Source: Chiloscyllium plagiosum
Lineage: Eukaryota
Length of the DNA: 44,067 nt
NCBI RefSeq assembly: GCF_004010195.1
Contig: NC_057718.1
Coordinates: 72,069,469 to 72,113,535 of the forward strand
Reading direction: 5' to 3'
Positions 11,269 through 22,377 of the stretch are shown one piece after another (positions within the stretch are counted from its first letter, which is position 1; every line of letters starts with the position of its first letter). A program made the position numbers and the translations under genes. The notes beneath the pieces are model-generated. The model did not search any database. It was not told where the DNA came from and was given only the letters and a program-made list of their open reading frames with translations.

Positions 11269-12600
11269 ACAATATTACTCCTACAAATGCATCACCCGGG
11301 TTATGGATGAATCATATAGCACAACCCGTGTCATTCAGTCTATTTAGAACCAACTGAATCATTTCAGACAAGGCCATAAGAATGGAGATGGATGGCTACT
11401 GGAAGGATCCTGGGGATTCTATGTACACCATGGGCTAGTGATTTCTGTTATTATAATTACTGTCTATTGTGTGTCAAAAACTTGTTTAAGTACTGGCTGT
11501 AAGATACTTATGAATAAATTGGTAGCACCTTTTTCATCCTCCATCCAAATAGTTCTCATGGAATGATAAAAGGAGGGAATGTAATATTAAAGAGTTAACT
11601 TGCCCTGCTGACCTGCAGGAAATTCGATATCATGAGGCTAGGGTGGGATAACTCCGACTTACAGGTAGATTGTAAGGAAGTTATATTCCCATCTCTTGGC
11701 ATTCATAGCCATTTGCTTGGCCATTTTCTAGTTCTTCACAATCCATTTTACATTGTCATCTCCTACTATTTACATTTTTATCCCCTATTCAGAAAATCAA
11801 TAAGAACATTACAGTTGGAGTTGACTACTTCCTGTAGTTTAAAAAATTGATTTGCAACAGATTTGACCATTAAGGGATGTTTACATTATATTGTTTCTGG
11901 AGAAGGTCTTGAGTCTTGAGTGGCATGTGACTATGGAGGGATAGCTGTGGGTTGTCTTGTAGGCATTACTGACTGTGATGTAAAGATTCTGTATAAAGGT
12001 TGGACTTTTGTTTTGTTCAGGGAGAGCTTTGACACGACTCTGCAAGCCCTGCAAGGTGTGTGTTAGAAGTTCCTCCAGAAAGTTTGTACTGTACTGTGCT
12101 TAATAAAATTTTGCTTGTTCACATAAATTGGTGTTTGCAGTTGCATCATGTGTGTACGAATCTCAGGAAAAAGAACTTAACAGCTCCACATCCTGTCAAA
12201 TAAGGCATACACTTGGACAAAATATTCAGAACGACTCATGTGGATAGATAAGTCTAAATAAGGCACACACTTTGATTCAGAGACTTGTGTATAAAGAGCC
12301 AGAAGAATACACTTTCTTCAGCAACACTTCGAAGATTGATTTTTTAAAGAAGGTACCTTACGTCAGAAGGCATGGTGAAGACCCCGAGCAGAGTTTCAGC
12401 CAGTTGCCAACTCTCCCAGGTAATAATGTTCGGGTTGAGTTGCAGAAAGTGAAAGACAAGAGATTGAGATATCTCCAATAATTAGAAGTATGTATTATTT
12501 GTTTAAATGTTTAATAAATGAATTGTGTTTTATAGCTCTAAGTGTCACCATGTATCTTCATCTATGTACAGTTGTCTCTCAGAGACAGGCAAGCTAATTT

Positions 12601-12618
12601 TGGCGTCCCTTGGTGGGC
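12601..12618 (+). promoter_or_regulatory. Primer-binding site, tRNA-Asn
   Basis: TGGCGTCCCTTGGTGGGC matches 17/18 the complement of the vertebrate tRNA-Asn 3' end (TGGCGTCCCTGGGTGGGC) and sits just after the LTR. Confidence 0.88.
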
Positions 12619-12699
12619 GTCAATAAGAGGGAGCTTTCTTTTACTCCTACATTAGACCAGGTAACTTCAGACTCTTCCAACAACCAGTCTGAGCCTGAA

Positions 12700-14420
12700 T
12701 TAAGAATGCAACTGCCACATATGATGGCCAGGATTAAGTGGGTACCCGGATGGACGAGGTAGAAATTTGGTCGCAAGAAAGACAAAGGACACACTAAAAA
12801 GGTTAGCACTAACAGAGAATGGTGGGTCTAGGGGACTCTAACTGGAGAGGATTTCGCAAATAGTACATGACTGGGAAATGGCCAAAGTACAGTGAGTATA
12901 GTGGTGATACAGGAACTCTTTGGAATACGACAAAGGATGTTTAGGAAAACAGGCACTTTTCAAGTGCAGAAAGCTATTGAAATAGGCTGCATGTTAAAAG
13001 ACTAGGCAGAAAAGCAGCAGCGAATGCGGAGTCTGCGAACACAGGTAACCGAGCATAGAGAAGAGATAAACAAACTGACTGAGAAGGTAGGGATTTTAAA
13101 AAACCAGACAGATACAGAAATCATGCCTGTGAGCCAGTATCAAATGCAGTGTGAAAAATTGATTAAGAGAAAAGGACAAAAATAAAGAGGAAACGAGAAA
13201 AAGGGCTCACGTACAGACAGAAGAGCTGAAGGAAGTGTAATGATTTGAAAACACCTGTGAATGTAGTACATAAGGCAGCACAGGAGCGAAAAGGGACCTC
13301 AGGCAATCATATAAAGTCAGATATCTGCACAAAGAGGGATAATATGTATATTTGCGACACGACTCTTTGAGAAGGTATGGGAGGAACCTGGGGAGGTCTA
13401 GTAGATGAAGTAGCCAGATATGGAAAGAAAGACCCAGGGGAATGGCGTCCCTCTCTGGATGGAGGGCAGGGGAAAGATCTATTCCCCAATAGTCCCCCGA
13501 TCACTAGGAGACAACAGACAGTAGTCTCAGAGAGCAACAATAACCACCCAACATCACATATACCACCTCTTAAGAGTTCAACAGCTAAGAAACATAGCCA
13601 TAGGGGATTATCAGTTAGGCAACGAACCCTGGGAGCTGTCCCAAGTACCGAACCGTACATGGGTTAGATAATAAGGAGAAGAAGAAACTAATACTGATGT
13701 ATCTCCATCCCAATACACATTCAGCTTTGCCAGAGCCACAGAATGCACCAGCGGGACATCAGGCAAGTTAAGGGAGGCCATGGGAGCTAATAGAGAGGAC
13801 TCAGTGGACGCCCTGAATAAGTGCAGACGGAGGAAAGTAAAGCATTCAAGTGTGTTTGCTGCAAGGCTATACGTATCGCTGCAGAGTGTATATGACGCAG
13901 GGCTAACAAAATCTGGCTGCACCTTTTGACAATCGGTGAGTCCATACACTGGCATCCCACGGGCACAGTGTCATTGTAAAAGATCTCTGACAACGTGTAA
14001 ACACACATACATGTGTACGGAGGAAAATGGTCAGAGCTTTAGGAGAAGGAAATGAGAGGGTATAAGTCTCAGAGAGGAAGATTGATATCTCTTAGAGATC
14101 AACAGGCAGCATGAAGAAATTAAAGAAAGGGACCAGTCCCAACGGGAATACTAGTGCCTATCAAATGGTTGTGAGGGGGCATGAAATGGATGATGAGCCC
14201 TGCTCATGGTCACAGGGAGTGGTAGGGGGTCATGAAAATGTTTTAATTGCGGGAAAGGGCACTATGACAGAGATTGTCCAAAGCCCTGGAGGTGCAGAGC
14301 AAAACAGATCCAGGTCCAACTCTTGCCATAAGAGGGCCCAGTCCATGCCACAGAATTGAGTCCAAGTGGGTTGTACTCCAATCCTCAATGACAGTCTCAG
14401 ACCTCTCAAATATGGATGCG
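12700..14420 (+). pseudogene. gag-like region with N-terminal coiled coil, heavily disrupted
   Basis: Lies between PBS and protease; heptad-like RMRSLRTQVTEHREKINKLTEKVGILKNQ at ~13021-13110. Boundaries approximate. Confidence 0.55.
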
Positions 14421-16779
14421 TGATGCAACATAGGATGGGACAGGGAGGCCCTTAGTGGATGGTAGGGTTGGAGGCCACCCTATCACTTTCCTTTGGGACA
14501 TGAGAGATCCCGCACCACCCTGAACATATCTGCTGTAAACAGGTGACGATTGGAAAATAGAAACAGAAATAATCTTGAGTGTAAAGAAGGACATGTGACT
14601 CGCCCTTTAAATAGACACGGAGGAGGGGTCGGGTTGATGCACGTGATAGTATTTAGAAAACTCCCAGCAAATCGACAGCATATCCTGGGAAATGATTATA
14701 TGGCCACAGCAGGACTGTGCTTTGGCCCAGTGAACTGCATGAGGTGGCAAATGCCAGGAATAAGTGAGTAGTTTTTTTGTTGAAATCCTTGCAGGACAGT
14801 AGAAGGAGAGCACGTGCCTGGTGGGAGAAATATGGACTTGAACGAGGACCTGGTAGTACAAAGATTATTGGACAAAACCAGAAAGCGTTTCCCAAACATG
14901 ACTGTGGACAGATGCAAGAGGTGGTGTGCATTCAGGCCCAGATCCAAAGCCCCAAAAGCAGTATGGATTCCCCAAGTAGGTGGAAGGTGATACAGAAATA
15001 GTAGTAGAAAGACTGGTAGTACAAGGGATGTTAAGGCAAATCGTCTCTACGAACAATTCACTTTTGGCCGTTAAAGAATCCAATTGACTATTGATTATCG
15101 AAAAATAAATAACACCCTTAACAGCATGGTTACTAGCCCCGAAACCATGATTAAACAGAGTGAATCTGCACAGTGGTTTACAGTCCTGATATAAGTAATA
15201 GATTTGGTCAATCCCCCTTGTCCAAGGAGTGTCAGTATAAAATTGCATTTACCCTTAAAGGACAGCAATATATGTGGATAGCTTTGCCACAGCCATTTCA
15301 CAACTCCCCCTCAATGGTTAAGTAATGGTTTGCAGGACTTTTCTAGGCCAGACTGCCTCATACAGTATGTTGAAGGTTTCTGTTTGCAGAAGTAAATCAA
15401 TCAGGAGCATGATCAGCTCCTGAAATGAGTTGTTGCAACTTACTAAAGAAGCTTGGGTTAAAAATGAATCCAAAAAAGGTTCAGATAACGAGGCAGCAAG
15501 TGAGTTGCTTAGGAGTGGTGTTAACACCAGAAAAAAAAAGAGAGCTAGACAAATAAAGAATTGAAACAGCAGCTAGACTCCCTATCCCCACAAATGAGAA
15601 GTGATTAAAGATTTTTTGGGGGGGCTTGATTGGGTATTTACAGAGACTATATTGATGATTTTGTCACAAAGGCAGCACCACTAATGATATTACTGAAGAA
15701 AAATGCCACATGGGAATGGAAGCCAGTACACACAAGCAATAACAGTTTTGAAAAGAGGTTTGGCGATTGCTCCTGCCCAAAAAAATCTCAAATCCAGCTA
15801 AACTATTTTCCATGGAGAATGCTGCAACGGAGTTCACAATATCAGTGATCTTATTGCAGAGGTACATGGTCAGTTGAGACCAGCAGCTTATGTATCACGC
15901 ACACTCATGCCCAGTATATCAAGTGCACATGGCATGCAAAAGGCATTTATTGGCAATATTCTGGGTAGTACATTTTACCTACTTAGATGGTTGAACCCAT
16001 TGACAATTTTGCCAGAACATGCATCCATTCAGATGTTGCTGGATGGACGTATGGCACAGCGAGCCAAAACAGAATTGCTAGATGGATGCTGTTATTACAA
16101 GGGAGGAATATAGAGGTAAAAAACTGTAAAAAAAAAAATAACTTAATTTACCAGGAGACACCCCATGAGTGAAAGGTGGTGATAGCAAATGATTCCAATT
16201 GTATCAAAACGAGAAAGGAGGAAATACCGGTAAACAGAAGACAGAGAATACCCAAGACAAGAGAGAGAAAGAGACTGAAACAGGAGAAAATAAAGAGAAA
16301 AACAAATCACTCTTAAAAATGTTTGTTGACGGCTTTTTTTCTGTCCAGGTTGGAGAATGGAGAACTAGTTGTACTATCTACATGGCAGATGAGCTAGGGT
16401 GAGAAGTGGATAGTATAGCCCTCAATTTGCCAAAGGCCATGAGTGCTCAAGCAGCTGAGTTGGCAGCAGTGGCATATATATGTGAGATAACCAGATAAAT
16501 TCACCTAGAATCTATTATCTATTCAGAAAGTATGTACATGTGCAACAGTTTGATGGACTACCTATCCTTGTAAAAGGCTAGATGCTTTGCATTGACAGAT
16601 GGGAAGGTCCTACCTTCCACCTCAATGCTGAGATACATTTTTGAAAAGGTGCAAGGGAAAGAATGTAGAGTCATGAAAGTGATACTTCGCCACAAAGGCA
16701 GCACTACGAATGATGTTAGTGAAGAAAAATACTAAAGAAAATGATTCAAAATTATCACTAGAGGGAAATAGAAAGGCAG

Positions 16780-16912
16780 GCGAAAGTGAGGACTGCAAAT
16801 GCTGGAGATCAGAATCAAGATTAGAGTGGTGCTGGAAAAGCACAGCAGGTCAGGCAGCATCCAAGGAGAAGAAAAATTGATGTTTCGGGCAGGAGATTTT
16901 CTTGCTCCTCAG
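16780..16912. mobile_element. Short Penelope pLTR insertion splitting the RNase H GNRKA-D motif
   Basis: gctggaaaagcacagcaggtcaggcagcatcc motif shared with 22378-22470. Confidence 0.7.
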
Positions 16913-17724
16913 ATGAATTAGCCAAATGAAGGACAATAGCTGGAGGAGAATGGCAGCTGCAGATGGAGAACACAGGAGCATAGAAATAGAAAGAAGCAGC
17001 CCCAATCGAATTAACAGGAGAACAAAGGAAGCATAGAGAATTATAAAAAAAATTAGTAGGACAGGAGTCAGAGGAATACAAGGAATGAAAAGGCATACAT
17101 GTAAAAGAGGGAGCCATATTATGTGAAGGAAATCTTGGAGTACCATCGAGATAAAGTAATCAGATGATTTATTAGTACCACCATGTATATGGACACCAAG
17201 AGTTGGAAAACACCTTGGAGCGGTTGAAGGAATGAAAGGGGACATGGAACATCATGTGAAAAATTGCTTGATGTGCAAAAAATAACCCCGACAAAAATGT
17301 AAAGAAGGCATTCCTTAGACACATAAGGCCAGTAGAGAGGCCCTGGACAAATTTATAAATAGACTTTATGAGTCCCCTATTCCCAGCTATGGGACGATAG
17401 AAGTGTATTCTGGTGATAGTAGATCCTTCACCAAATGGGTAGAGAAATGTTTCATTCAAAATGATACTGCTAAAATCATAGCAAAAGTCTTGTTAGAAAA
17501 TGATTTTACTTGTTGGGATTTACCAAGGAGGGTTGAGTCAAATCAAAGGACACATTTTAAAGCCCAGGTGATGCAGAATGTCATGACACTGCTAGGGATA
17601 AAACAAAGGTTCCAGATATTCAGTAGGCTACAGTCCAGTCGGATAGTCAAAAAGAATTAATTGAACCTTGAAGACAATGTTGGCCAAAATGGTGCAGCAG
17701 TAGCAGACCACTTGGGTGACAGTG

Positions 17725-18043
17725 ATTAGATTAGATTAGATTACATTACAGTGTGGAAACAGGCCCTTCGGCCCAACAAGTCCACACCGACCCGCCGAAG
17801 CAAACCCACCCATACCCCTACATTTACCCCTTACCTAACACTACGGGTAATTTAGCATGGCCAATTCACCTGACCCTGCACATCTTTGGACTGTGGGAGG
17901 AAACCGGAGCACCCGGAGGAAACCCACGCAGACACGGGGAGAACGTGCAAACTCCACACAGTCAGTCGCCTGAGGCGGGAATTGAACCCGGATCTCTGGC
18001 GCTGTGAGGCAACAGTGCTAACCATTGTGCCACCGTGCCGCCC
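17725..18043 (-). mobile_element. HE1-type V-SINE in integrase
   Basis: Full SINE; TSD ACAGTG at 17719-17724 and 18044-18049. Confidence 0.95.
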
Positions 18044-18579
18044 ACAGTGCTTCCTTATGTCCTAATGATAATAAGAACTGTAGTTTCCTTTACAAAATTT
18101 ACCCCTTAAAGTTTGATGACGGGTCGAGTGATATATGACCTGGAGTCACTGATAGGATTAGATCTGTCTGAACCAGAAGTAGATGGAATAATGAAAGATA
18201 GGTGGGTACAACGGCTGTTTGAGAGTGTAAAAGAAATGAACTCATATCATTTGCAGCCATGGAGAAGGAAGAAACATCAAAGTCAGGTCCACTTTGGTTC
18301 CAAGACAAAGCCAAAGGGGTCAGATGGACTCCTCCGGCTCACCAATAGAAATGAAAATGAAGGAAAAAGGAAAAGGGCAAAAAATAAAATCGATAAAACA
18401 TTTACTCGCCAACCAAAATGGATGAGGTGAAGGGATGGAAGGAAGGCTAGAATCAGCACATGAATTGGCTGAGGGTATGAAGACATTAGCACTATAAATA
18501 CAATAAAAGGAATAAAATCAGATTGACTGCACATAACAGCAGAAACTACATTTGTTTTGTATGAAGAATCACCATAAAA

Positions 18580-19550
18580 TCATGGAAGATCATTACCATT
18601 GTTTTCATTGGAATAAGGATCCTTTCCAGTGAATACTTTGACTGATATTTTTTAATGAATGGGAGGGGCAACATTAGTTGTTGTGAGTGGCACATATTAC
18701 AAATTCAAACAAATGTCATGGTAATGGTCACATGTTGGCAAGAAATGTGGGTTTTTGTGTTGCCATGGCCTGTCCCTGGACATTAGAACCCTACTTTCAA
18801 ATCTTTGCTCCAGTGGCCAAGAAAGCAGCATTATCAGTTACACGGTCTGTGAAAAAATTAATTCACAGGTGACTTGAAAGGTTCAAGGAAAAATTTCCTT
18901 TGGGTCGAAAATTATGTGTACTTGGATTTTTCTCAAATATGCCTTAGTCAGAGATACCGATTATGTCGCCACAGCAGCCTCAGGATAGGTTGTGGTGTAC
19001 CTCAAATGAACAGAATGTGGCAATCAGCAATATCTCTTCTGACTTGACCATTAGCCACAAAGTTATGTTTAACCCAGAACCCAAAGAGAAACTGCGCACA
19101 ACTCTACACATCCACCCAAATGAGACAGACGACAATTTACAATGATTTGCAGCAATGGAATTTCCACTTATTCCACACCACTGCAGATTGGGTAAAGATC
19201 ATTTCTGAGGCAAAGGAAGATATCCATAAATGGGCTATGCACGAGATGGAAATTAAAACTCATGTTGAGGAGGCAATTAGGACTTACAGGTTCCAAGCTT
19301 CGAGAGTAAAGTTTGGGAATTGGGGACTGAACTGTCAGGTCCATCCGTAGATCAGAATTGTGTCTCATGTGATTGTTAGATTACAATTTGTTATACTTAT
19401 TGTTGTGATAGTCTTATTTTGTTTGTGAAAAAGCAAAGTTAAGAAACGGAAGGGACTGACAACAAGGATTGGTCTCAGATACCAAAAAGATAGCTCATAT
19501 AGAAGAGAGTTTGTAATGGTTACTTATTATAGGGTAGGAATATTGTAAAC
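18580..19550 (+). pseudogene. env-like membrane protein remnant
   Basis: Follows IN; helical DWVKIISEAKEDIHKWAMHEMEIKTHVEEAI, then hydrophobic IRIVSHVIVRLQFVILIVVIVLFCL and basic tail KSKVKKRKG. Confidence 0.6.
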
Positions 19551-20047
19551 ATAGCTAGTTAATAGTCTTTCCTACTATTTGTTCTTTACATTGATATCAT
19601 GCATATCTTAGAAGATATGATTTGGAGATGTCAGTGTTAGACTGGGGTGTACAAAGTTAAAAATCACACAACACCTGGTTATAGTCCAACTGATCTATTT
19701 AGAAGCATTAGATTTCAGAGCGCTGCTCCTTCATCAGGTGGTCCTTTCCCATTCCTCCACTTCTCGCCTTCAAACAACCACCAAACCTCAAGCAGATCAT
19801 TGTCCTGAAAGCTGGGCAGTTTGCTACAAACAACGTCATACAACCATATCACGATAGACACTGCAAGATGTGCAAGTGTCTCAACACGGATACCACCATT
19901 ACACGTTGGGACACCTCCCACTGTGTACGTGGTAGGTACTCATGCAATTCAGCCAATGTTGTCTATTTTTACACTGCAGGCAAGGATTCCCTGAGGCATG
20001 ATACATTTAGGGTGTAGGTTTGCTCGCTGAGCTATAGGTTTGATATC

Positions 20048-20085
20048 CAGACGTTTCATTACTTGGCTAGGTAACATCATCAGTG
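20048..20085 (-). ncRNA. Minimal hammerhead ribozyme
   Basis: Reverse complement: CA-CUGAUGA-uguuaccuagccaaguaau-GAA-ACGU-C-UG (GUC cleavage triplet, palindromic ACGU). Confidence 0.75.
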
Positions 20086-20259
20086 GCGACCTCCAAGTAA
20101 AGCGAAACTGTTGTCTCCTGCTTTCTATTTATAGGTTTGTCCTGGATGGGGTTCCTGGGGTTTGTGGTGATGTCATTTCCTGTTCATTTTCTGAGGGGTT
20201 GATAGATGGTATCTAGATCTGTGTTGTGGTTCTGTTCGCCGAGCTGGAAGTTTTTGTTG

Positions 20260-20297
20260 CAAACGTTTCGTCCCCTGGCTAGGCGACATCATCAGTG
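20260..20297 (-). ncRNA. Minimal hammerhead ribozyme
   Basis: Reverse complement: CA-CUGAUGA-ugucgccuagccaggggac-GAA-ACGU-U-UG. Confidence 0.7.
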
Positions 20298-21652
20298 CTT
20301 GGGAGCCTCCTGTGAAGCGCTTCTTTGATGTTTCCTCCGGTGTTTATAGTGGTCTGTCCCTGCCGCTTCCGGTTGTCAGTTTCAGCTGTCCGCTGTAGTG
20401 GTTGGTATATTGGGTCCAGGTCGATGTGTTTGTTGATGGAGTTTGTGGATGAAGCACTGATGATGTTACCTAGCCAGGTAATGAAATGTCTGGATATCAA
20501 ACCTATAGCTTAGCGAGCAAACCTACACCCTAAACCTCAACCTGAGCTACAAACCTTCACAAACCTTGGATGATACATTGGAGAGACCGAGAAGAGGCTA
20601 CAGCAACAGATGAATGGGTACCACACAACAATCAACAGACAGGAGAGTTCCGTCCCAGTCGCAGAACACTTTAGTGATCGGGACATTCAACCTCGGACCT
20701 TCGGGTGACCATCCTCCAAGGGACTGGCAACAACGCAAAGTGGCCGAATAGAGAATGATAGCCAAGTTCAGTACCCATGGGAATGGCCTCAACCGGGACC
20801 TCGGGTTCATGTCACACTACAGGTGACCCGAATGCACTACACACACTACATACATACACACACGCACTCCTACAGACCCTCTCTCATATGCTCACACATA
20901 CACTCCTGCACACATCCTCTCACAGACTTTTATCCCTTTACACTCACACACAAGTTTGTGGGTTGAATTTGTACTTGTAGAATTACATTTTATTTTGCTC
21001 AAAAACTGCATGAATCCATGTAAGATTCCATAAATCTGTTTTGTTAGATTAGAATCAGTCTGAACATTGTGGCACAGACAGTCTCACATAGGGCACCTCA
21101 CACCTTCAAAGCATTATCTGAGCCAACATGACACCAATTGTTAAAGTTCACATGAGAATGTAACTTTAAAAAAAGTTCTGTAATTTACATAAGAACTGGA
21201 ACCAACATGCTCATCCTAAAAGATGAGAGACTTAACTAAAAATCCAGGTCTTTTTCAATATATAATTTCAGTTACATCATACTGTAACTTTTGCTATAAA
21301 TTGTGTCTTATAATCTTATACTTCACAACCACCTGATGAAGGGCTCCGAAAGCTAGTGCTTCCAAATAAACCTGTTGGACTGTAATCTGGTGTTACGTGA
21401 TTTTTACAAGATATGGACAATATATTTGTGCGAAGTGAAACGGATTTGTAATTTTGTTTATGCAATGTCTATAGTTTTGAGAAATATAATGATCTAAATG
21501 GCATTTCAGACTGCACAGCAGAAGTAATGCTACATTGAGCAGACATTGCTGTAAGGGGCTAATGCTCACCACTGTCTGGAGGTGTCCTGGAAGATGTAGA
21601 AAACTAAGTAGAGATGATCCTCAGATAAATCTTTGGGTCAGAAGAGGGGAGA

Positions 21653-22183
21653 TGTTGGATAAGGCTGAAGATGACAGGAACAGATAATAGGCTTAACAAT
21701 GGACTGTTTTTATGTGAATGGAACGTGAATGAATCATGCTGGTATGCCAACAGTTAAAACTGCAGGAAACCAGTAACTGCTGTCTCTACCAGATAAGCCA
21801 TGTATTTGGACAAAATATTTGTGATCGCTCACATGCATAGATTAGTCCAAATAAGGCATACACTTGGCACAGAGACTTGTGCATAAACAGCCTTTGTTCA
21901 GCAACACTTCAAAGATTCACATTGTAAGAAGGTACCACATGGTGGTACCACAAGGCATGGTGAGGACGCCACGCAGAGTTTCAGCCTGGCCAACGGCCAA
22001 CTCTCCCAGGTAATAACATTTGGACTTGTTTATGGACATCAGAGTAGTGAAAGACAATATCTTTAATGTCAAAAGTGTGTTTCTGGTCAAGTAATGAATA
22101 AATTAATAGTGTTTTATAGAGCTCTAAATCTCTCCGATGCATCTTCATCAATGCATGTACTGTTGCCTCAGAGACGGGCAACA
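21653..22183 (+). repeat. 3' LTR of the Loki/spuma-like provirus
   Basis: TGTTG...CAACA termini, directly after PPT, AATAAA ~22098, homologous to 12183-12594. Confidence 0.88.
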
Positions 22184-22377
22184 CAGTGAAATGGATGGCA
22201 TGGTAGCACAATGGTTAGCACTGCTGCCTCACAATGCCAGGGACCAGGGTTAGATTGCAGCTTTGGGCAACTATCTGGAGTTTGCACGCTCTTCCCATGT
22301 CCTTCCTTCCACAATCCAGTAATGGGCTGATTAGATGGTCAGGTTGCTTCTTGCAAGTTAGGATAGAGAGACCAGAG

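Larger units (their letters stand above)
9620..11566 (+). pseudogene. env: Retroviral env remnant (Cys-rich SU, TM with immunosuppressive domain)
   Basis: LGNSTVRGLDAVNRELAELRLYTQLTRYAVDYLLAQQEGVCTI; after the SINE, KCITRV...GLVISVIIITVYCV (TM) and stop at 11564-11566. Start coordinate approximate. Confidence 0.85.
8650..12182 (+). mobile_element. 5'-truncated class I (epsilon/gamma-like) endogenous retrovirus: integrase, env, PPT, 3' LTR
   Basis: IN: THLGKEGM...CSTCQQNN (HHCC), DIFSRWIEAF, EIIQRFGVPRQLSSDNGPHF, HCAYHP. Env TM follows. PPT AAAAGGAGGGAA at 11568-11579. LTR TGTAAT...TTAACA at 11580-12182. Confidence 0.9.
14430..18540 (+). pseudogene. pol: pol: protease, RT, degenerate RNase H (tether), RNase H, integrase
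   Basis: PR ITFLWD(M)...ILGNDY; RT HDCGQM, GPDPKPQKQYGFP, IDYRKIN, GQQYMWIALPQPFHNSP, QYVEG (decayed YVDD); tether RPAAYVSRTL...CKRHLLAIFWV; RH MFVDG, SAQAAELAAV, EGNRKA-DELAK; IN HHVYGH...CLMC, PWTNL*IDF, ESNQRTHF. Confidence 0.9.
20008..20569. mobile_element. Nested Poseidon-type Penelope derivative with terminal inverted repeat, containing a second subfamily 3' end
   Basis: TSD ATGATACATT at 19998-20007 and 20570-20579; 20006-20085 is the inverse of 20455-20534; second tail at ~20224-20453 encodes NSINKHIDLDPIYQPL on the minus strand. Confidence 0.85.
19620..21407 (+). mobile_element. 5'-truncated Neptune-type Penelope with inverted pLTR
   Basis: Related to the 1841-7580 family (PLLAFKQPPNLKQ, YIGETEKRLQQQMNG); TSD AAGATATG at 19612-19619 and 21408-21415; hammerhead with shortened stem II at 21330-21358. 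Confidence 0.88.
12183..22183 (+). mobile_element. Decayed provirus, lokiretrovirus- or spuma-like (LTR-gag-PR-RT-tether-RH-IN-env-like-LTR)
   Basis: Partial 5' LTR 12183-~12594 aligns with 3' LTR 21653-22183 (TGTTG...CAACA). PBS at 12601, PPT AGAAGAGGGGAGA at 21640-21652. Retroviral domain order with two RNase H domains. The clade is inferred. Confidence 0.8.

Noticed and set aside
7678..12182. Single intact two-LTR provirus
   Set aside because: Left LTR has its own TSD and no PBS; gag and most of pol are absent.
17753..18007. Recurrent short ORFs LHIFGLWEETGAPGGNPRRHGEN (also 25013 and 27976)
   Set aside because: Antisense translations of the HE1 SINE, not a protein family.
12183..22183. 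Ordinary Ty3/Gypsy retrotransposon
   Set aside because: A second retroviral-type RNase H, foamy-like RT motifs and a TM-bearing 3' ORF argue against it; phylogeny is still required.
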